From an uncultured Campylobacterales bacterium (GTDB lineage Bacteria; Campylobacterota; Campylobacteria; Campylobacterales; QNZT01): 64,000 nucleotides of DNA. Positions 1-9,025 of this stretch are shown here, one piece after another. The stretch covers positions 10,918 through 74,917 of the forward strand of contig CAYUEN010000003.1 of NCBI GenBank assembly GCA_964443745.1, given 5' to 3'. Both the position numbers and the translations under genes were made by a program. Every line of letters starts with the position of its first letter. Within the stretch, counting starts at the first letter, position 1. Under the pieces are notes generated by a model. The model had not been told where the DNA came from and did no database searches. It saw only the letters and a program-made list of their open reading frames with translations.

Positions 1-258
1 GACGGCATAGCGCTCCATCAGATCTTTACGATAGAGCAGATAACCCAACACGCCGCCGATCAGCACGACTTGCAGATACTTCAGCCACTCCCCCAAAAAG
101 GCGAACATCGAAAAGGCGACCCCTCTGTTGAAAGTCAGTGTCAGCGAAATGCATTCGGTCTGGTATTCGTATCCAGCCAGAAAGAGATATTTGATCGCTT
201 GATCCACAGCGAAGGTCGCTGCGAAAACCGCCAGAAAAAGGAGATATTTTCTAACCAT
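1..258 (-). CDS. lspA: Signal peptidase II, 5' part (runs off window start)
   Basis: Not in ORF track. Manual translation from ATG 258 gives [23 protein letters not shown]...[10 protein letters not shown], with the LspA DQxxK and NxGxAFS motifs; start overlaps the glmM stop. Confidence 0.9.
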   Translation of the reverse strand, partial: MVRKYLLFLAVFAATFAVDQAIKYLFLAGYEYQTECISLTLTFNRGVAFSMFAFLGEWLKYLQVVLIGGVLGYLLYRKDLMERYAV

Positions 259-1591
259 TGAGTCTGTCGCTGAAAAAATCGAGCAACTCTTCCATCGTCT
301 TTTCGACGATTTCGGTATCTTTTCCCTCCAACAATACGCGCAGCAGATTTTCGGTTCCTGAATAGCGAATCAGTGGACGGATATGTCTCTTTTTGATCTT
401 CTCTATCATCTCGGGATACCCATCGATATCCTCGAGCGGAATTTTCTTTTTGATTTTGATGTTTTCCAAAATCTGCGGATAGAGTTCGAAAGGATTGAGG
501 ACTTCGCTCGCTTTTTTGCCTTTTTTGAGAACGAAGGCGACCACCTGCAGTGCTGCGGCGAGCGCATCGCCCGTCTTGGCGTAGTCGCTGAGAATCACGT
601 GTCCGCTCTGCTCTCCTCCGAAGTTGAGCCCCTCCTTTTGCATCGTCTCCAGAACGTATTTGTCTCCGACATTGCAGCGAAAGAGCTCTATTTCGCGTTC
701 TTTAAGAAAATCGGCCAATCCTTGGTTACTCATGACGGTTGCGACCACGCCGTTGTTCGAGAGTTGCCCCTGCTGTTTGAGATGGCAGGCGAGCGTACCG
801 ATGAGCTTGTCTCCGTGGACGATTTCTCCGTTTTCATCCACCACGACGATTCTGTCGGCGTCTCCGTCGAACGCGAAACCGATATCCGCCCGCAGTTTTC
901 TCACCTCTTCCCCCAGTTTCTGCGGATGGAGCGCGCCGCAGCTTTCGTTGATGTTTCGGCCGTCGGGATTGTCGTTGATCACGAAGACGTCGGCACCCAG
1001 TTCGGTGAAAACCGTCGGCGCCACTTTGTAAGCTGCGCCGTTGGCCGTATCGAGTACGACCCGCAGTCCATGAAGCGTCATCGCGCGCGGAAGGGAGTTT
1101 TTGATATGGACGATATAGCGTCCGATTACGTCGTCGATTCTTTTGGAAGCTCCGACATTCATATTCTTCGCCTGGTTTTTACTGATGAGCTCTTCGTCGA
1201 AATAGATCTTTTCGATCTCCTCTTCGATCGCTTCGTTGAGTTTGTTTCCCCGTTTGTCGAAAAATTTGATACCGTTGTCGAAGTAGGGATTGTGGCTGGC
1301 GCTGATCATGATTCCGGCATCACACCGCAGATCCTCGGTCAAAAAAGCGATCGCGGGTGTAGGCATCGGTCCGATCTGCCGTACGTCGTAACCTACCGCC
1401 GTCAAACCCGATACGATCGCGTTTTCGATCATATAGCCGCTCTTTCTGGTGTCTTTACCGACAAGGATCTTGTTGGTGATGGATTGTTTGCGAAAATAGA
1501 TTCCAGCCGCCATCGCCAGGCGCATGGCGAGCATCGCGGTGAGCTTCTCTCCCGCCATTCCGCGTACACCGTCCGTTCCGAAAAGTTTCAT
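251..1591 (-). CDS. glmM: Phosphoglucosamine mutase
   Basis: FGTDGVRG N-terminus, SASHNP phosphoserine loop, DGDADR metal site, GEQSGH. Confidence 0.97.
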   Translation of the reverse strand: MKLFGTDGVRGMAGEKLTAMLAMRLAMAAGIYFRKQSITNKILVGKDTRKSGYMIENAIVSGLTAVGYDVRQIGPMPTPAIAFLTEDLRCDAGIMISASHNPYFDNGIKFFDKRGNKLNEAIEEEIEKIYFDEELISKNQAKNMNVGASKRIDDVIGRYIVHIKNSLPRAMTLHGLRVVLDTANGAAYKVAPTVFTELGADVFVINDNPDGRNINESCGALHPQKLGEEVRKLRADIGFAFDGDADRIVVVDENGEIVHGDKLIGTLACHLKQQGQLSNNGVVATVMSNQGLADFLKEREIELFRCNVGDKYVLETMQKEGLNFGGEQSGHVILSDYAKTGDALAAALQVVAFVLKKGKKASEVLNPFELYPQILENIKIKKKIPLEDIDGYPEMIEKIKKRHIRPLIRYSGTENLLRVLLEGKDTEIVEKTMEELLDFFSDRLNG

Positions 1592-1655
1592 ATACCCAGC
1601 CTTTAAATTTAATAGTCATATTATAAAAATAATTTTATTTTAAAGTTGTTACTAT

Positions 1656-1682
1656 ATATCGGCAGTTATTAAAAGTTTCTTA
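1656..1682 (-). promoter_or_regulatory. Putative sigma28-type promoter upstream of glmM
   Basis: Minus strand TAAG-N15-GCCGATAT; a TATAAT also lies at 1620-1625. Confidence 0.4.
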
Positions 1683-1784
1683 AATTTGACATAAACCGGG
1701 GTAAAAAATAAAAAAGTCCTTAAATTAAGCTTAAATTAAGGACTTTTGGATAAAATCCACTTCTAAAAATCCCAATAAAGGCAG

Positions 1785-2060
1785 ATGATGGCAAATCACA
1801 AGTCGGCATTGAAAAGAGCCAGGCAGACGATCAAAAGAACCGAGAGAAACAGATTTTACAGAACCAGAATCAAAAATCTCACCAGAGCGGTCAGAGAAGC
1901 GGTCGCGGCGGGCGACAGCGCGAAAGCTCAGGAGGCGTTCAAAGAGGCGAACAAAAATCTCCACGCCTATGTCAGCAAAGGGGTGCTGAAAAAGAATACG
2001 GCAGCCAGAAAAGTCAGCAGGCTCGCTAAAATCGTCAATGCGATGAACGAAGCCGCGTAA
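1785..2060 (+). CDS. rpsT: 30S ribosomal protein S20
   Basis: [13 protein letters not shown]...[11 protein letters not shown]; true start may be the second ATG (1788). Confidence 0.97.
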   Translation: MMANHKSALKRARQTIKRTERNRFYRTRIKNLTRAVREAVAAGDSAKAQEAFKEANKNLHAYVSKGVLKKNTAARKVSRLAKIVNAMNEAA

Positions 2061-2073
2061 TCGCGGCTTTTTT
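2050..2073 (+). terminator. Intrinsic terminator after rpsT
   Basis: AAGCCGCG-TAAT-CGCGGCTT hairpin followed by a T run; the stop codon lies in the loop. Confidence 0.8.
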
Positions 2074-2102
2074 GTCGGTTTCCGTCCCAAAACATTCTAT
2101 AG

Positions 2103-3170
2103 ATGCTAAAATCCAAACTCCAACCCTTTCTCGAAAGATACAACGAAATTTCACGACAACTCAGCCAGCCCGAAATCGTCAACGATATCCGGAAAATGAC
2201 CGAACTCTCCAAAGAGCAGTCGGCTATCGAACCGATCAGGGAAAAAGCGGAAGCTTATTTCTCTATTTTGGAGAGTATCGAAGAGAATAGAGAATTGCTC
2301 GAAGACAAGGAACTGGGTGAACTCGCCAAGGAGGAGCTCAAGGAGCTCGAGCCCCGAAAGAGACGGCTCGAGGAGGAGATCAAGGTTTTGCTGCTTCCCA
2401 AAGATCCCAATGACAACCGCAACATCTATCTGGAGATGCGTGCGGGTACGGGGGGAGACGAAGCGGCGCTTTTCGTGGCGGATCTCTTCAAAGCCTACGT
2501 ACGATATGCCGAAAGCAAAGGGTGGAAGGTCGAGATCGTCTCCGCCAGTGAAAGCGTGATGGGCGGTTACAAGGAGATCATCGCCCTGATCAAGGGTGAG
2601 GGCGCCTACAGCCGACTCAAATACGAAGGGGGTACCCACAGGGTCCAGCGTGTACCGGCCACCGAATCACAGGGGCGCGTACACACCTCCGCGATCACGG
2701 TGGCGGTGATGCCGGAGGTGGAGGATGTGGAGATCGAAATCGACCCCAACGACCTCAAAATCGATGTGATGCGCAGTTCCGGGTGCGGGGGACAGTCCGT
2801 CAATACGACCGATTCAGCGGTACGTATCACCCATATTCCCACCGGAATCGTCGTCACCAACCAGGATCAGAAATCGCAGCACAAAAACAGGGAAAAGGCG
2901 ATGAAGGTTCTCAAGGCGAGACTCTACGATCTGCAGATGCAGAAAAAACTGGAGGAGGAGGGTGCCGATCGGAAATCTCAAGTGGGTACCGGAGATCGAA
3001 GCGGACGTATCCGTACCTACAACTTTCCCCAGAATCGGATCACGGATCACAGGATCAACCTCACTCTCTACCGTCTTGATGCGATCATGGAGGGGGGACT
3101 TTTCGACGAGATCATCGATCCCCTGATCGCCCACTATCAGGCCGAGCAGATGAAAGCGGCGGGATTTTGA
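2103..3170 (+). CDS. prfA: Peptide chain release factor 1
   Basis: GTGGDEA, PAT tripeptide (RVPATE) typical of RF1, GGQ motif. Confidence 0.97.
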   Translation: MLKSKLQPFLERYNEISRQLSQPEIVNDIRKMTELSKEQSAIEPIREKAEAYFSILESIEENRELLEDKELGELAKEELKELEPRKRRLEEEIKVLLLPKDPNDNRNIYLEMRAGTGGDEAALFVADLFKAYVRYAESKGWKVEIVSASESVMGGYKEIIALIKGEGAYSRLKYEGGTHRVQRVPATESQGRVHTSAITVAVMPEVEDVEIEIDPNDLKIDVMRSSGCGGQSVNTTDSAVRITHIPTGIVVTNQDQKSQHKNREKAMKVLKARLYDLQMQKKLEEEGADRKSQVGTGDRSGRIRTYNFPQNRITDHRINLTLYRLDAIMEGGLFDEIIDPLIAHYQAEQMKAAGF

Positions 3171-3177
3171 CCCCCCG

Positions 3178-4467
3178 TTAATGCAACGCTTCACCCTCTT
3201 TTTTGAACAGCCACCACTGAAACACGCCCCGATAGAGGAAAAAGAGCATGAAATTGATCCAGAGGGCGTAAGCGAAATCGTATCCTTTCGTCAGATAAAA
3301 AAGCAGCATAAACAGCGCCGTCGAAAGCAGAATCGTGTTGCGCATCGAAACCGAAGCGGTCATTCCGATGAAGATTCCATCCCAGATGAAGGCCCAGAAG
3401 CTTATCAGAGGAAGTATGGTCACCAGCGGTAGAAACCGTTCGGCTCTCTCGATCAGACGAGTATCGTCCGTATAGAGGGCGAGCAGCTCTTCCCCGAAAA
3501 AGCCGTACAAGAGCGCGAAGCCCACCGCCAGTGCTCCGCCCCAGTAGAGCGAATAGCGGATTGCACGACGAAACGCTTCGGTTTCACCGCTACCGTAATA
3601 ACGCCCGGTCAGACTCTCCGCGGCGTTGGCGAATCCGTCGATACCGAACGACATCCAGATCATAAACTGCAGCAGTATGATCATCACCGCCAGTATCTCC
3701 TCTCCCGCTTTAGCCGATTGGGCGTAGAAGAAAGCGAGTACGAACGTCAGCGCGATTGTACGGATAAAGATATTCTTGTTGATATGTAAAAAAGCGGTGA
3801 GTGCTTCTTTGCGGAGAATCTCCCCGATTTTGGGCGGGATGAGCCTCTTTTTATACCGAAGCGTCAATATCAAGGCGAGTCCCAGGCCTGCATACTGCGC
3901 AACGAGCGTGCCGTACGCCGCCCCGTCGATTCCCAGATCCATCTTTCGGACCAGCCAGTAACTCGACACGATATTGACGATATTTACGAAGAGGGTGATG
4001 TAGAGTGGGTAGCGGGCGTTTTGCAATCCGAAAAACCACCCCATCAACACGAAGAGCGTCAACGCTCCGGGTGCCGCGTAGATGCGAATCGAAAAATAGT
4101 CGGCGACCATATCGGCATAGGAGGGCGATACGTTCATCCAGCGGCACCCCAACTCCAGGATCGGCTGCTGCAGCATGATAAGCCCGATTCCCGATCCGAA
4201 CGCGAGCAGCAGCGCACGGTAGAGGGTGTTGGAGATCGCCTCCCTGTCGGCCCTGCCGAAAGCCTGTGCGGTCAATCCGGTCGTTCCCATTCGCAGAAAG
4301 TTGAAGTTGCCGTACAAAAAGGTGAAAATCATCGAAGCGATACCGAGTGCCGCCAGATGCGATCTGGAGAGATGGCCCATCAGGATCGTGTCGACCGACG
4401 AGAGAAGCGGTACGGAGATATTGGAGAGAATATTGGGCAGCGCGAGCCGCAAAATCGCACGATGCAT
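3178..4467 (-). CDS. MATE family efflux transporter (DinF-like)
   Basis: LALPNILSNISVPLLSSVDT, LRMGTTGLTAQAFG, DGFANAAE; about 12 hydrophobic segments. Confidence 0.9.
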   Translation of the reverse strand: MHRAILRLALPNILSNISVPLLSSVDTILMGHLSRSHLAALGIASMIFTFLYGNFNFLRMGTTGLTAQAFGRADREAISNTLYRALLLAFGSGIGLIMLQQPILELGCRWMNVSPSYADMVADYFSIRIYAAPGALTLFVLMGWFFGLQNARYPLYITLFVNIVNIVSSYWLVRKMDLGIDGAAYGTLVAQYAGLGLALILTLRYKKRLIPPKIGEILRKEALTAFLHINKNIFIRTIALTFVLAFFYAQSAKAGEEILAVMIILLQFMIWMSFGIDGFANAAESLTGRYYGSGETEAFRRAIRYSLYWGGALAVGFALLYGFFGEELLALYTDDTRLIERAERFLPLVTILPLISFWAFIWDGIFIGMTASVSMRNTILLSTALFMLLFYLTKGYDFAYALWINFMLFFLYRGVFQWWLFKKEGEALH

Positions 4468-5216
4468 CAGAGAGAGACGGAGGTTTCGAAGATTTTCTCC
4501 ACGCTTCCTTTGAAATAGATCGATCCCTCATCGAATCGCAGTGTCAATTCCGCCCGGCTGGTGGGATACACCTGTGTACGTGCATCCACCCTCCCCTCCA
4601 GAAAAGCGGCGTAGAAGGCGGCGGCCATGCCGGTGCCGCAGGCCTGGGTTTCCGCTTCGACACCCCGTTCGTAGGTACGTACATGAATCGTACGTTTTTC
4701 CGGATCGATTTTGGCGAAATTGACGTTGGCGTTGTACTTCTCTCTCATGATACGCGCTTTTTCTTCATCGAAATGTTTCAGATTTTCCACGAAGGTGACC
4801 AGATGGGGTACGCCGGTATCGAAGAGTTTCCATCGCATTCCCTCCTCCACGATCACTTCGTCGATGATTTTGGGTTCGGTGAGTTTCACCTCGGCAAGAT
4901 TTCCTTCGACCGTCGCCTCGATCACTCCCGCCAGTGTCAGAAACTTCATCTTTTCGCCCGCCAGACCGTTGGTGTAGGCGTAGTGTGCCGCCGCGCGGCT
5001 TCCGTTGCCGCACATCTCGGCGTCGCTGCCGTCGCTGTTGTAAAATTCCCATTCGAAGTCATAGCCTTGGTGGGGAACCAGGACGATCATTCCGTCGGCG
5101 CCGACGCCTCTGTGGCGGTCGCAGACTCTTTTCGCCAGTTCGTTCCGGGATTGACGCGAAAAGGTGTGAAAGATCACGAAATCGTTGCCGCTGGCGTTGT
5201 ATTTGGTCACTTGCAT
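4467..5216 (-). CDS. dapF: Diaminopimelate epimerase
   Basis: SGNDF, AEMCGNG, TGVPH, ERGVEAETQACGTG motifs. Confidence 0.96.
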   Translation of the reverse strand: MQVTKYNASGNDFVIFHTFSRQSRNELAKRVCDRHRGVGADGMIVLVPHQGYDFEWEFYNSDGSDAEMCGNGSRAAAHYAYTNGLAGEKMKFLTLAGVIEATVEGNLAEVKLTEPKIIDEVIVEEGMRWKLFDTGVPHLVTFVENLKHFDEEKARIMREKYNANVNFAKIDPEKRTIHVRTYERGVEAETQACGTGMAAAFYAAFLEGRVDARTQVYPTSRAELTLRFDEGSIYFKGSVEKIFETSVSL

Positions 5217-5241
5217 GGCGTCTCCTTCGGGAATGGTGGGA

Positions 5242-5964
5242 TTATTTTAGCGAATCGACTCTTTCGATGGCATTTTGGCAGTAGGTTTCGTCCAGTTCGC
5301 AGCCGATGAAATTGCGGCCGGTTTTTTTGCAGGCGATCGCGGTGGTGCCCGAACCCAGAAAACAGTCCAGTACCGTATCTCCCGGATCGGAGTGTTTCTC
5401 TATCAGGGCTTCGAAGAGTTTGACCGGCTTTTGGGTGGGGTGAGTGCGCTCGCGCCCCTGATAGATCGGATATTCGTAGACGCCGTTGTCGTAGTTGGAG
5501 TGAAATTTCGGCTTGCCCCCTTTGACGGCGCTGATCGCGATCTCTCTGGCGTTGGTGAGGTAGTTGACTCTGGAGTTGAGCGGGACGGGGTTGGTTTTGA
5601 GCCACTCCAGGAAGCGCAACTGTTTGAATTTGAATCGCCTGAGGGCTTCGGAAAGCGGCGTGATCTTCCACAAATCGTAGAAGATGATCGCGGTTCCTCC
5701 CTTTTTAAGGACCCGATAGAAGGCGGGAATGATCATCTCCAGATCGAGCTTTTCATGATCCCATCTTCCGAAATCCATCGAGACGCTAAAACGCTCCACT
5801 CCGTTGACGACCGACTGGAATCCGGTCTTTCTGGAGATCTCGTAGGGAGGATCGATCAGGATCAGGTCCACGCTTTCGCTTTCGATCTTCTCCAGAAAGG
5901 TGAAGCAGTCGTTTCTTTCGATATGGATTTTCGGGCAAAAACGTGTTTCAGATTTTGAGCTCAC
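5242..5964 (-). CDS. Orphan N6-adenine/N4-cytosine DNA methyltransferase, beta class
   Basis: DPPY (motif IV) near N-terminus, HPTQKP, DCFLGSGTT (motif I) near C-terminus; no adjacent endonuclease. Confidence 0.92.
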   Translation of the reverse strand: MSSKSETRFCPKIHIERNDCFTFLEKIESESVDLILIDPPYEISRKTGFQSVVNGVERFSVSMDFGRWDHEKLDLEMIIPAFYRVLKKGGTAIIFYDLWKITPLSEALRRFKFKQLRFLEWLKTNPVPLNSRVNYLTNAREIAISAVKGGKPKFHSNYDNGVYEYPIYQGRERTHPTQKPVKLFEALIEKHSDPGDTVLDCFLGSGTTAIACKKTGRNFIGCELDETYCQNAIERVDSLK

Positions 5965-6553
5965 GATAGTTCTCTTTCAGATACTCCACGAAGCGGTCCA
6001 CTTCCGCTTGCAGATGTTTCAGATCCCGGGTGTTGTCTATGACATAGGAGGCGAGTTCGCGCTTTTTGTCGATCGGTATTTGAGCTTCGATCCTGCGCCG
6101 AGCTTCTTCTTCGGTGTACCCTTCCCTCTTGATCAGCCTCTCCAGTTGCTGTCGCCGTGTCGCGTAAACGAGCGCGACCTTTTCGATTTGGTAGTGGTTC
6201 GTCTCGAAAAAGAGCGGAATGTCGAGGATATAGGGCACGCCTCTTTCTTCGCAAAAGCGGCTTTGTCGGAAAATCTCTTCGCGAATGGGAGGATGCAGTA
6301 GCGTTTCGAGTCTCTTTTTCGCTTCTTTGTCCGAAAAGATCAACGCTCCCAGCTTCTTTCTCTCCACTTTTCCGTCGATAAGGTAGGCATCGCCGAAAAG
6401 TTCGGCAATCTTTCGGCTCTCTTTCTCGAGCATTCGGTGGGCGATGGCGTCGGCGTCTACGATCTGGAAACCGTAGAGTTTCAGGAGTGAACAAACACTG
6501 CTCTTACCTGTGGCGATCCCTCCGGTGAGTACGACGGCATGACGAAACTCCAT
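5948..6553 (-). CDS. coaE: Dephospho-CoA kinase
   Basis: LTGGIATGKS P-loop, HPPI, DIPLFFE. True start is ATG 6553 (TGATG overlap with speE), not 7192. Confidence 0.95.
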   Translation of the reverse strand: MEFRHAVVLTGGIATGKSSVCSLLKLYGFQIVDADAIAHRMLEKESRKIAELFGDAYLIDGKVERKKLGALIFSDKEAKKRLETLLHPPIREEIFRQSRFCEERGVPYILDIPLFFETNHYQIEKVALVYATRRQQLERLIKREGYTEEEARRRIEAQIPIDKKRELASYVIDNTRDLKHLQAEVDRFVEYLKENYRELKI

Positions 6554-7395
6554 CAGTTTTTGGCGATTCCCAGTAGCGCTTTTTTGATGTAGGTGGGTAC
6601 GGTGAAACTGGCACGATGGATGTCGCTGTTGTAGTAGCGTACCGGTTCGAGCAGGTCGGCCCGCTGCAGATTGATATCGGCCGTGGGATGGTATTTTTTG
6701 GAGGCGAGGATGAAATTCCATACGCATCCGGGATAGACCATCATCTCGTAGCGATAGGGCATCGCGATCGGGAAGAGACTTCCGGCGTTCGCGAGTATCT
6801 TTTTGTGTTCCTCCGGCGCCATCCACCAGCTGCTTCCCTGTGTGGCGATCAATCCGTCCTCTTTCAAAACGCGGTGGACTTGGGCGTAGAAGGTCGCTTC
6901 GAAAAGCTCTTCGGCCTTGCCTTTGGGATCGGTCGCGTCGACAAGAACGATATCGTAACTGCACTCTTCGGCATCTGCGATGAAATCGAGCCCGCTTCGT
7001 ATATGCAGATGCAGCCTTTCGTTTTCCCACACCTCCGCCATCGCCGGAAAATAGGCTCGCGAAGCTTCGATTACCGCTTCGTCGAGCTCGACCATATCGA
7101 CACTGACTTCCCGATGTTTGAGCACCTCTCTGGCCGTACCTCCGTCCCCGCCTCCGACGATCAGCACCCGTTCGGGTTCGCGGTGGGTACATAGCGGTAC
7201 GTGGGCGAGCATCTCGTGATAGATGAATTCATCCTTTTCGCTCAGCATCGCCGCGCCGTCGAGTACCATGATATGGCCCAGTTCGTCGCTGCGATAGATC
7301 TCTATCTGTTGATACGCGCTCTGTTTTTCGAAGATCTTCTCTTCGACCTTGAGCGATTGTTTAAAAAAATCCCCCTGATTCTCTTCAAACCACAT
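6553..7395 (-). CDS. speE: Polyamine aminopropyltransferase (spermidine synthase)
   Basis: YQQI, LDG, YHEMLAH, VGGGDGGTARE, DATDP. Confidence 0.92.
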   Translation of the reverse strand: MWFEENQGDFFKQSLKVEEKIFEKQSAYQQIEIYRSDELGHIMVLDGAAMLSEKDEFIYHEMLAHVPLCTHREPERVLIVGGGDGGTAREVLKHREVSVDMVELDEAVIEASRAYFPAMAEVWENERLHLHIRSGLDFIADAEECSYDIVLVDATDPKGKAEELFEATFYAQVHRVLKEDGLIATQGSSWWMAPEEHKKILANAGSLFPIAMPYRYEMMVYPGCVWNFILASKKYHPTADINLQRADLLEPVRYYNSDIHRASFTVPTYIKKALLGIAKN

Positions 7396-7541
7396 CTCTT
7401 TCCCCTATAATTTCATTTTATAATTAAAGCTACAAATTTTAGCATAGCGAGATTAAATTTCCACTTTTAAGTGGAGCTTAAGAACCTCTTTAAACGACTT
7501 TTGTTAGAATCTGTGCAAAAAAAAATACAAGGAGCAGAAAT

Positions 7542-7784
7542 ATGTGTGCCGAGAGAATGCAGCGGATATTGACATCGATCATGTTGGGAGTGATCCTCTA
7601 CTTTTTCGCGATGGGAGCGCACGATTTCCAGGCCGGAGCGAAAGAGAGCATCCACTTTACGATCGCGGTCGTATTGCAAATTTTCGTGATCATCATGATG
7701 TTGATCTGGGCGTTTACCAACTTCTGCCCTTCGATCTGGTTTTTCAAAAAGATCTTTCCGCCATGCGAATGGGAGAAAAAATAG
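7542..7784 (+). CDS. Small 2-TM membrane protein, DUF2892/YgaP-like
   Basis: AGGAG RBS; two hydrophobic helices, ERxxR start and FCP motif; abuts purM. Confidence 0.7.
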   Translation: MCAERMQRILTSIMLGVILYFFAMGAHDFQAGAKESIHFTIAVVLQIFVIIMMLIWAFTNFCPSIWFFKKIFPPCEWEKK

Positions 7785-8783
7785 GTGGACAAAAATCTTT
7801 CGTACAAGGATGCGGGCGTCGATATCGATGCGGGGAATCGGTTCGTTGAAAATATCAAACCTTTCGTCAAGGCGACGTTCGATAAAAACGTGGTCGGAGG
7901 GATCGGATCGTTTGCCGGTGCCTACGCGATGCCCAAAGGTTACAGGGAGCCGGTTTTGCTCGCCGCGACCGACGGGGTGGGAACCAAGCTCAAGCTTGCC
8001 ATCGAAGCGGGGAAATACGATACCGTCGGCATCGATCTGGTCGCGATGTGCGTGAACGATCTGATTTGCAATTTCGGCGAACCGCTCTTTTTTCTCGACT
8101 ATTACGCGACCGGTAGGCTGGAGACACGGATCGCGACGGAGGTGGTCAAGGGAATCGCCGAGGGGTGTCAGGATGCCGAATGTGCGCTGATCGGAGGTGA
8201 GACGGCGGAGATGCCGGGTATGTATGCCGCCGACGACTTCGACCTGGCGGGATTTGCGGTCGGCATAGCGGAGCGATCGGAAATGGAGAGAATTTCCCGC
8301 GTCGCAGAGGGAGATCTGCTTGTCGCGCTGCCAAGCTCCGGTATCCACTCCAACGGCTATTCGCTGGTGCGAAAACTCTTTTTTGAAAAGCTGGGGGTGG
8401 GTTTTGACGAAGAGATCGACGGCGATACGCTGATCAATATCCTTCTGCGCCCCACCCGTATCTACGTGCGTACGTTCAAAGCGCTCAAAGACTCCATCAA
8501 CGCATTGGCGCACATTACGGGAGGGGGTATCGTCGAGAACCTGCCCCGTGTATTGCCCCGAGGGCTGGATGCGGTCGTCTACAGGGACAAAATACGGATA
8601 TTGCCCATTTTTCAATATATGAGCCGTTTCGTCGATGAGACGGAGATGTACCGCACCTTCAATATGGGGGTGGGGATGGTGCTCGTGGTCTCTCCCGAAA
8701 ATATCGACGAGGTTTTGGAGAAGAGCGACGGGTATATCATCGGCGAACTGATAGAGGGAAGCGGTACGGTCATTTTGCAGTGA
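7785..8783 (+). CDS. purM: Phosphoribosylformylglycinamidine cyclo-ligase
   Basis: YKDAGVD, TDGVGTK, GGETAEMPG, HSNGYSL, TFNMGVG. Confidence 0.97.
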   Translation: MDKNLSYKDAGVDIDAGNRFVENIKPFVKATFDKNVVGGIGSFAGAYAMPKGYREPVLLAATDGVGTKLKLAIEAGKYDTVGIDLVAMCVNDLICNFGEPLFFLDYYATGRLETRIATEVVKGIAEGCQDAECALIGGETAEMPGMYAADDFDLAGFAVGIAERSEMERISRVAEGDLLVALPSSGIHSNGYSLVRKLFFEKLGVGFDEEIDGDTLINILLRPTRIYVRTFKALKDSINALAHITGGGIVENLPRVLPRGLDAVVYRDKIRILPIFQYMSRFVDETEMYRTFNMGVGMVLVVSPENIDEVLEKSDGYIIGELIEGSGTVILQ

Positions 8784-8974
8784 TCCGCATCCTTCGGGAT
8801 TCTCGTGATGGCTACGCCGGTAGGTATTGCGGCTCTTCCATGTTTCTTTTGTAGTGTGATACGTTACATTTCTTCTCATATAGAGGGTAATGGTACAGTA
8901 TACCCATATCATGAATATCTTGGCATAACAGCTCTCTTTGTTTAAAATATTATATTGAAGTTTTAATAAACGAT

Positions 8975-9001
8975 TAAAGAATTGATCCGTAATGCCGATA
9001 T
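8975..9001 (+). promoter_or_regulatory. sigma28 (FliA) promoter
   Basis: TAAA-N15-GCCGATAT, about 25 bp before the GGDEF-EAL start. Confidence 0.75.
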
Positions 9002-9025
9002 GTATCCTAGACTACTTTTAGGAAA

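Noticed and set aside
5948-7192. N-terminally extended or fused forms of CoaE (and likewise QueH, dUTPase, Upp) as given in the ORF track
   Set aside because: The extensions overlap real upstream genes or promoters; internal coupled starts fit better
8921-8936. sigma54 promoter TTGGCA upstream of the GGDEF-EAL gene
   Set aside because: No GC at the -12 position with GG-N10-GC spacing
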